NCBI RefSeq assembly: GCF_009914755.1
Contig: NC_060931.1
Strand: one strand, 5' to 3'
Length of the DNA stretch: 64,000 nucleotides
Source of the DNA: the human T2T-CHM13v2.0 reference genome, Homo sapiens
Below are positions 53,559-64,000 of this stretch, piece by piece. Positions within the stretch are counted from its first letter, which is position 1, and every line of letters starts with the position of its first letter. A program made the position numbers and the translations under genes. Under the pieces are notes generated by a model. It worked only from the letters and a program-made list of their open reading frames with translations. It did not search any database and was not told the origin of the DNA.

Positions 53559-53990
53559 TTGCTTCTTGGAAGACAGCTTTTCCGGGGGTCCTTCAGTCAG
53601 AACTTGTTCTGCCAACAGAGGTGGTGGGGGTGGCATGTTTGATGTGTAGGCGTCAGAGGGATTGATAAGACCTGGTGACTAGCTGGTGTGCAGGTCTCAG
53701 TCTCTGGAGAGAAGGGGCAGTTGGAGGGAGGAAGGCAGGAATGATCTTGGCTGGGAGGATGTGTTGCAGTGGTTGGTGCAGGGAACAATCAAGGCTTTGT
53801 GATCATGGATGCTGTGGGTGTGGTTGGAGGAGGTCCTTTAAGGGCTGTCTTCGGTGGAGGTTTGGGAGAAGAGTTGGCCTGGCTACAACTCTGCTTCAAC
53901 CAAAGCATCTTTAGTTTGAGCTTTTAATATCTTGGGCCTGTCCTGCAGGCTTGTTTGAACAAAGACTATACATAAAATAAGCAAGAACCA

Positions 53991-54293
<303 letters not shown>

Positions 54294-54388
54294 GCAAGAA
54301 CCATTTCTTCTGAGGAATCCCTAGAGACCCGGGGCTTGGTCTTTAGGAACAGCTGATCTTTAAGAAAAAAGTTGCACAAGATGGGCTT

Positions 54389-54796
54389 TGATATAGTTTG
54401 AATATCTATTCTTGCCAAAGTCTGATTTTGAAATGTAATACCAATGCTGGAGTTGGGGCCTGGAGGGAGCTGTTTGGATCATGGTAGCGGATCCCTCATG
54501 GCTTGGTGCTGTCTTCCTGATAGCAAGTGAGTTCTTGCAAGATCTGGTCATTTAAAAGTATATGGCACCTCCCCCACTGTCTCTCTTGCTCTTGCTTTTG
54601 CCATGTGAAGTGCCTGCTCCTGCTTCACCTTCATCCATGATTGAAAGCTTCCTGAGGCTTTACCAGAAGTCAGGCAGATGACAGCACTGTGCTTCCTGTA
54701 TGGCCTCCAGAAATGTGAGCCAATTCAATCTCTTTTCTTCATAAATTACCCAGTCTCGAGTATTTGTTTATAGCAGTGCAAGAATGGTCTAATACA
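54389..54796 (+). mobile_element. MSTA/MSTB MaLR solo LTR
   Basis: TGATATAGTTTG...GGATCCCTCATGGCTTGGTGCTGTC...GTCTAATACA. Confidence 0.85.
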
Positions 54797-54825
54797 GATT
54801 TGAACTTGAATTTTAAAATTAAAAA

Positions 54826-55115
54826 ATTTTTTGAGACGGGGTCTTGCTTTGTCACCCAGGCTGGAGTGCAGTGGTGTGATCATGGTTCTCTGCAGCCTTA
54901 AACTCCTGGGCTCAAGTGATCCTCCCACCTCAGCCTACCGAGTATCAGGGACTACAGGTGTGCACCACCATGCCCACCTGTATTTTGTATTTTTTGTAGA
55001 GACAGGGTTCACCGTGTTGCCCAGGCTGGTCTCAAACTCCTGGGCTCAAATGATCTGCCTGCCCCAGCCTCCCAAAGTGCTGGGATTTTACAGGCATGAG
55101 CCACTGTGCCTGGCT
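54826..55115 (-). mobile_element. AluJ(b)
   Basis: TSD TTGAAC(T/C)TGAATTTTAAA. Confidence 0.92.
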
Positions 55116-55558
55116 TGAACCTGAATTTTAAATGCTAAGAATGCACAGATTCCAAAGACACAAGATAGGGGGCCCGGTTCAGAGGTAAGATCCTGCCCTT
55201 GTGTTTCTTGGAATTTTTTTCATTTTTTGGGGGTTTTAAAATTGAGATGTAATTTACATACAGAGTGAAATCCACAGACCTTAAGTGTAGTTTGATTCGT
55301 TTTGAGAAACACATACATTTATGTAACCCACAGTCTACCAATACATAATACAATTTCATCATCTCAGAAATTCTCTTGTATCGCTTCCTAGTCAGTCTTC
55401 CACATTCACCAGAAACAAGCACTATTTTGATATTTTTAGCCCTAGATTAGTTTTGCCTGCTCTAGAACTTTATGGAAATGAAATCATGCATATATATTCT
55501 TTTGTCTCTGTGTTTTGTTTTGTTTTTCACTCAGCATTTTTTTTTTTTGCATTTTTCT

Positions 55559-55770
55559 CAAGAGGTCTGCAGTCTTTTAAAAAAAGAAGCGGAAAATAAA
55601 TATGGTAGACTTGCCAGGCACCAGATCTCTGTAGCAACTACTCAACTCTGCTGTTGCAGCAGGAAAGCAGTGTAGACAATATGTAAATAACTGCATGTGG
55701 CTATGTTTCAATAAAACTTTATTTACAGAAAACAGATGGCTGGTTTGCAGGGATAATTAGCTGACCCCAA
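55559..55770 (+). mobile_element. MER58A-like hAT-Charlie element
   Basis: TCTCTGTAGCAACTACTCAACTCTGC...CAATAAAACTTTATTTACA. Confidence 0.8.
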
Positions 55771-56003
55771 TACATGTTGTTTATCAGGAGTTTCGTTGCT
55801 TTTTATTGCTGCGTCGTCTTCTATGTGTGGATCTGTCACAGTTTATTTATCTGTTTTCCTGTTGATGGACACCCAGACCATTTCAGTTTTTGGCTATTAT
55901 GAAAAGAGCAACTGTGTCTGCTTTTATATAGGACTTTTGTGTGCCTGCATTTTCATTTCTTTTATATAAGTACCTACGAGTGGAATTACTATGTCATAGG
56001 ATA

Positions 56004-56560
56004 TGTATTACTCAGGGTTCTCTAGAGGGACAGAACTAATAGGATAGATGTATATATGAAAGGGGGCTTATAAGGAGAATTGACTCACAGGATCGCAAGG
56101 TGAAGTCCCATGATAGGCCATCTGCTAGTTGAGGAGCAAGGAAGCCAGTATTGGCTCATTCCCAAAAACCTCAAAAGTAGAGAAGCAGCTGACAGTGTAT
56201 CCTTCAGTCTGTGGCCAAAGGCCCAAGAGCCCCTGGCAAATCACTGGGGTAAGTCCAAGAGTCCAAAAGCCGAAGAACTTGGAATCTGATGTTCGAGGTC
56301 AGGAAGCATCCAGCACGAGAGAAAGATGAAGGCCGGAAGACTCAGCAAGTCAGCCTCTCCCACCTTCTTCTGCCTGTTTCATTCTAGCCACACTGGCAGC
56401 TGATTTGTTGGTGCCCACCCCCATTGAGGGTGGGTCTGTCTCTCCCAGTCCACTGACTCAAATGTTAATCTCCTTTGGCAACACCCTCACAGACACACCC
56501 AGGGACAATACTTTGCATCCTTCAATCCAATTAAGTTGACACTCAATACTAACCATCACA
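56004..56560 (-). mobile_element. MLT2A2-like HERV-L solo LTR
   Basis: TGTATTACTCAGGGTTCTCTAGAGGGACAG...GTTGACACTCAATACTAACCATCACA; about 557 bp long form. Confidence 0.85.
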
Positions 56561-56581
56561 GGGCAAGTGTATATTTAATTC

Positions 56582-56885
<304 letters not shown>

Positions 56886-57251
56886 TAACTCTTAACTGCC
56901 AAATAAATTTAGAAAATCATTGTAACATTTTTCACTTTTGCCTGCAACATATGAGAGTTCCGGTGGTGCCTCATCCTTGCCAACATTTGGTGTTGTCAGT
57001 CTTTTTCCTGTTAGCCATGGTAGTGGCTGTGGAGTGGTAGCCCACATGCTTCCTTGAATACTTCTTGACTGATGTGGTTCCGTCACATGTGTTGCCTTTA
57101 TTTCTGCGGTACCTGGAGAGGTGATCCTCTGCGATCAACCTCTCAGGCACTTAATAGCCTCTCTTTACACAGGCTCTGCATGAGTAAGTGGCATGTGTGC
57201 ACCCAGAGTCTTTGAGAGAATGCATCTTGGTCTTTAACCATCATCTACCAT

Positions 57252-57290
<39 letters not shown>

Positions 57291-57577
57291 TTTTTGAGAC
57301 AGGGTCTTGCTCTGTTGCCCAGGCTGGAGTGCAGTGGTGCCATCATTGCTCACTGCAGCCTTGACCTCCCGGGCTCAAGCTATCCTCCTACCTGAGCCTC
57401 CTGAGCATCTGGGACTACAGGTGCACACCACTATGCCCAGCTAATTTTTAAATTGTTTTGTAGAGGTGGGGTCTTGCTGTATTGCCCTGTCTGATCTCAG
57501 GCTCCTGGCCTCAAGCCATCTTCCTGCCTTGGCCTCCCAAAGTGCTGGGATTACAGGTGTAAGCCACCACACTTGCC
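57252..57577 (-). mobile_element. AluJ with (TTTA)n tail
   Basis: J motifs. Confidence 0.9.
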
Positions 57578-58221
57578 CCTCATCTATTGCAATTGTCCAC
57601 ATGCATCAGATTTTACACTGATACGCTTTTGTCTTTTTTTTTTTTTTTTTTTTGGTGTAAACATCTCCTTTCCCGGCTTTGACTCGGTGGAGGAGAGCTG
57701 GGAGAAGGTGTCAGCAGTGACATCATTTCTGGTTTTACAAATGCCAGGGTCCTTCCTCCTTCAGAGCCTGGAGACAAAGCTGGGCCCCATTTATCACAAC
57801 ACCCGGCCAACTCCTTCCTGCCATATGGCTGATTCTCTCCTGGGGGGAAGATTGAGAAAATAGACCCATATGCTACTGTGATTCTGTTTGTGTTTGGATG
57901 TGGAGTTTAATTTGTGTCAGAAAATAGCAGTATTCTTATTTCATTGATTTCCTTTTTGCTTCTTTTATAAAAGGAAAGAATGAAAGCTGGGGAATTAGCT
58001 ACAGAAATAGCAAGTGAATAATAAAATAATGTGTTGTGGTCCACGTGCAGTTAAAAACGGGAATGATGTTTTACTCTCTTTCGGGGCGTATTGACAAAGA
58101 GCTATACTGGTTTCTTGTATCGATGTGATATTTTAGAGGTATCAAGCATTCTTGTATTCACTGTCTTATCCAGTTATAAAAGTAACCTTGTGAAGTAGGT
58201 GGTCTCTAACCAATCATCTGC

Positions 58222-58390
58222 TTTATTTATTTATTTATTTTTGAGACAGGGTCTTGTTCTGTCACCCAGGCTGGAGTGCAATGATGCAATCAGAGGTCAC
58301 TGCAGCCTTGACCTCCTGGGCTCAAACGATCCTCCCACCTCAGCCTCCTGAGTAGCTGGGACTACAGGTACACACCATCATGCACCACCA
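58222..58390 (-). mobile_element. Alu right arm (FRAM/J) inside a MIR
   Basis: Single arm; MIR-like flank CAGAGGTTTAGGAACTTGCCCCAGGCCAC. Confidence 0.8.
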
Positions 58391-59394
58391 TATCAAGCAG
58401 ATATGATGTCCATGTCATAAATGAGGAATTTGACACTCACAGAGGTTTAGGAACTTGCCCCAGGCCACTGAGCTTAGACTGTGGTCCTCATCGAATAGTT
58501 ATTTGAAATTCTTAATGTCTTGGTTTGTCACCAGGCATTTCACTGCACACATTTTTTTCCCTACCTGGGAAAAGGGTATATGGGATCTTAAGAAAAGGGT
58601 AGGGGAGTTAGAGCATCATGGTCAAATAATGCTGTTCCCTGGCAGATACAGTATTGGAACTGGAGGAGGGAGAAGGAATAGGTAGGTTTTTGGGAAGATA
58701 ACTTTATATAGAGATTCACCCATGCAACGAGACAGAGCCTGACACTTGTGTTGGTGCTGATGAGTGAGGACATGGGGTCAGCAGGGTGACAGCCTGGGCC
58801 CTGAGCACCTGTGTGTCCCTGGCTAAGCCACTCAATCCCTCTGTACCTCAGTTTCTCATCTGCAAAATTGGGTTCTTGGATATGATCTTCTTTCTCCCTT
58901 CCAGCTCCAAACTTTATTTATTACCAAAAGCAACTTCAGTTTTTCCCCTTTGGTTACTCCCTTTAATTAAAGCATGCTACCTTGGTGGAGTTACATCAGA
59001 GCCCTTCAGCATCACGGTGCTGTCTCAGATTTGTACAGCCCTGTTGGAGCAAAGTCTTTAAGGAAATGGGGGGACTGCCCCGGTGTCTGGAGGCACCATC
59101 TGACCACAGCTTCTCATCATTGCACTCATCTTTAGGTTCTTGGATGTAAGTTGATGTAGAAATACGTCTGCCTAGCACCTAGCTTTGGCCAGGGGTTGAT
59201 GGCATAAATGGGGAGGCAATAGTAGCTAATATGTATATGCATGTATATTCTGTGTCTGCCACCTGCTGATAACTTTACAGACATTACCTTCTTATATCCT
59301 CAAAACAACTCTAAAGAGTGAGTAGAATGATTAACCCCATTTTATGGATGAAGCTTCCTACTGAAGCTGTTGTCTAATTCTGGAGACTGTGATT

Positions 59395-60016
59395 TTATTT
59401 ATTTATTTTTTTCAGATGAAGCCTCTCTCTGTTGCCCACGCTGGAGTGCATTGGCATGATCATAACTTAGTGCCACCTCGACCTCCTGGCCTCAGGAGAT
59501 CTTTCCGCCTCAGTCTCCTATAGCTGGGACCACAGGCACGTGCCACCATGCTTGGCTAATATTTTCAATTTTTTTGTAGAGATGGGGTCTCACTTGTTCA
59601 CCTAGGTTAGAGTGCAGTGGCATGATCATAACTTACTGCTGCCTCAGCCTCCTGGGCTCAGGAGATCCTCCTACCTGAGTCTCCTATAGCTGGGACCACA
59701 GGCATCTGCCACCATGCTTGGCTAATATTTTAATTTTTTTTGTAGAGTTGGGATCTCACTCTGTCACCCAGACTGGAGTTCAGTGTTGCAATCATGGCTT
59801 ACTGCACCCTCGGACTCCTGGGCTCCAGTGACCCTCTCTCCTCAGCCTCCTAAGTAGCTGGGACTACAGGCACATGCCACCATGCTTGGCTAATTTTTAA
59901 ATTTTTTTGTAGAGATAGAGTCTTGCTGTGTTGCCCAGGCTCATCTGGAACTCCTAAGCTCAAGCAATCCTCCCACCTCATCCTCTCAAAGCGCTGGGGT
60001 TACAGGCACCCAGCCG
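59395..60016 (-). mobile_element. Tetrameric AluJ (three right arms plus one left arm)
   Basis: Right-arm sequence repeated three times head-to-tail, then a left arm. Confidence 0.88.
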
Positions 60017-60029
60017 AGCCTATCATCTT

Positions 60030-60747
<718 letters not shown>

Positions 60748-60816
60748 TGAGTTGAAAGCTTGGTTATGCTACTTGATAGTGTGTGGCTTTGAGACTGTTG
60801 CTTAATTAAAAAAAAA

Positions 60817-62060
<1,244 letters not shown>

Positions 62061-62066
62061 TATTTA

Positions 62067-62432
<366 letters not shown>

Positions 62433-63045
62433 TTAAATTAGAAATATGCACATAGTGGCCCCCAACAAATGTTGGTTCTTTTCTGCTCTCCCATCCAAAA
62501 GCAATAACTAACCGAAATGGGTGTAGTGAGTATTTGGGCATTGCTGCAGTAACAGAAAGACCTTCAGTTTCTTGGCATCATTTCCTTCATTTATTGAGTT
62601 ATGTTCCATGCTCTTTGCTGACCTGGACTCTACTTACTAAACATGGTCCTTCGCTAGAGAGATCGAGAAGAAGCCAAAAAGTCTTTGAGCTTCCAGGATT
62701 TTCTCTGGAGACAGCTAACCTGGACTACCAGTAAGTGGCCAACACCAGCTGACACTAGCTGACGCTAGTTGGACTGACACCAACACAGACCTGTAAGAAT
62801 GAAGAACCTCCTAATTAACGACGCTATAGCTTGGGAAGATAGGTACTTAAGATTGACAAGCCATTTTAGTCTTGGTTTCTGCAGGTGGTGTGGCCGAACA
62901 TTCAGAATCAAAGCAATTTTCACTTCATTTCATCCAGAAGGTCTCTATGTTTTCTTATAAAGAGACTGTATTTTGCTCCTCTCTCTCCCCACAAAAAGAA
63001 ATCTGGTCAAAACTAAGCACATTCCCTTCGTTTATGTGTTGGCTG

Positions 63046-63231
63046 CCGTGGTTCATAAACTTTAGTAGGTTTCAGAATCACATGGAGAGCTTGTTGAAAC
63101 ATGAAATGCTGGCACGATCCTCAGAATTTCTGATTCCTTAGGTCTTGGCGGGGCTTGAGATTTTGCCTTTCTAAACTGTTCCCAGTTCATGTTGATACTG
63201 TTAGTCCTGGATAATACTTTGAGAACCTCTA
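63046..63231 (+). mobile_element. MER5A-like hAT-Charlie element
   Basis: GTGGTTCATAAACTT...CAGAATCACATGGAG...CAGAATTTCTGATTC...ACTTTGAGAACC. Confidence 0.8.
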
Positions 63232-63577
63232 TGTGGCCGCGGCCTCTATCAGAGCATAACCGGGCCGTGGCTGAGATACATCTGTCTTATCTGTCAAGAA
63301 TGACTCATTTAAGCACTTCACTGCGCTGCATGTCCTTTGATTAGGTGGCCAAGGGGGTGGCTAAAGCTGAATTTACAAGGCAAGGAGCCCTGAAATTCTT
63401 CTTTGAAAGATCTCGCAAATGATCTATTTATTTTTCATGGGATGATTTTCCAGATCTTTGGTTTGCTTTCCTGTTTGGCTTGTGTTAGAACACTACTGTT
63501 CCTAAAGTTGTAATTTTTGTAACCCATTGGCATATGTAAGTGGTTTACACAGGTTCTTGTGGATTAGGATTTCTAAC

Positions 63578-64000
63578 CGTCCATCATCTGTCTGTCCACT
63601 GGCCCACTCACCTACTCATCCATTCATCCATCTGTTTACCCTTACCCTCTCTGTCCCACTCATCCATCCACACACACATCCATCCACTAACCCCATCCAT
63701 TCATCCATCCATCCATCCATCCATCCATCCATCCATCCATCCATCCTGCCTACCCTTCTGCTCATTAATCCATTCATCTGCTCACCTGATCCACCCGCCC
63801 ACCCACTCACCCCATCCACCGACCCACCCATCCATCTGTCCATCCTTCCACCCATCCATCCATCCATCCATCCATCCATCCATCCATGTATGTGTCCACC
63901 CACCCACCCATGCACTTATCCATTAGCTCACTCCATCCATCCATCCACCCACTCATCTATCCATATGTATATTCATCCATCATCCATCCATCCATCCAAC
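63578..64000. repeat. Degenerate (CCAT)n/(CCCA)n microsatellite, runs off the window end
   Basis: Direct read. Confidence 0.95.

Overview
This is primate (almost certainly human) non-coding genomic DNA, very rich in Alu elements (about 55 Alu elements or fragments: FLAM/FRAM, J, S, Y). It also carries old L1, L2 and MIR fragments, about 14 solo LTRs (THE1B x2, THE1D, MST, MLT1, MLT2A1, MLT2A2, HERV-H LTR7B-like, MER4A-like, LTR26-like, MER21-like), DNA transposon relics (Tigger2a, MER104, MER91, MER58, MER5A, MADE1 x2) and long microsatellites. I find no convincing protein-coding ORF, RNA gene, CpG island or CRISPR array. The supplied ORF track is explained by Alu, L1, LTR and microsatellite translation or chance. 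Every L1 fragment I recognised is on the minus strand, which suggests an intron of a plus-strand gene that I could not identify. A few plus-strand segments have splice-site signatures, the best being a 49-nt candidate exon at 16011-16059. I see no evidence for a new biological system. The most unusual features are small-scale: two near-identical short copies of nearby sequence that look like templated repair insertions, trimeric and tetrameric Alus, an older ~170-bp duplication, an Alu-split MADE1 hairpin, and several LTRs retaining DUX4-type motifs. Subfamily names come from recalled diagnostic motifs, not a RepeatMasker run. Boundaries are approximate (a few bp for young elements, tens of bp for old ones).
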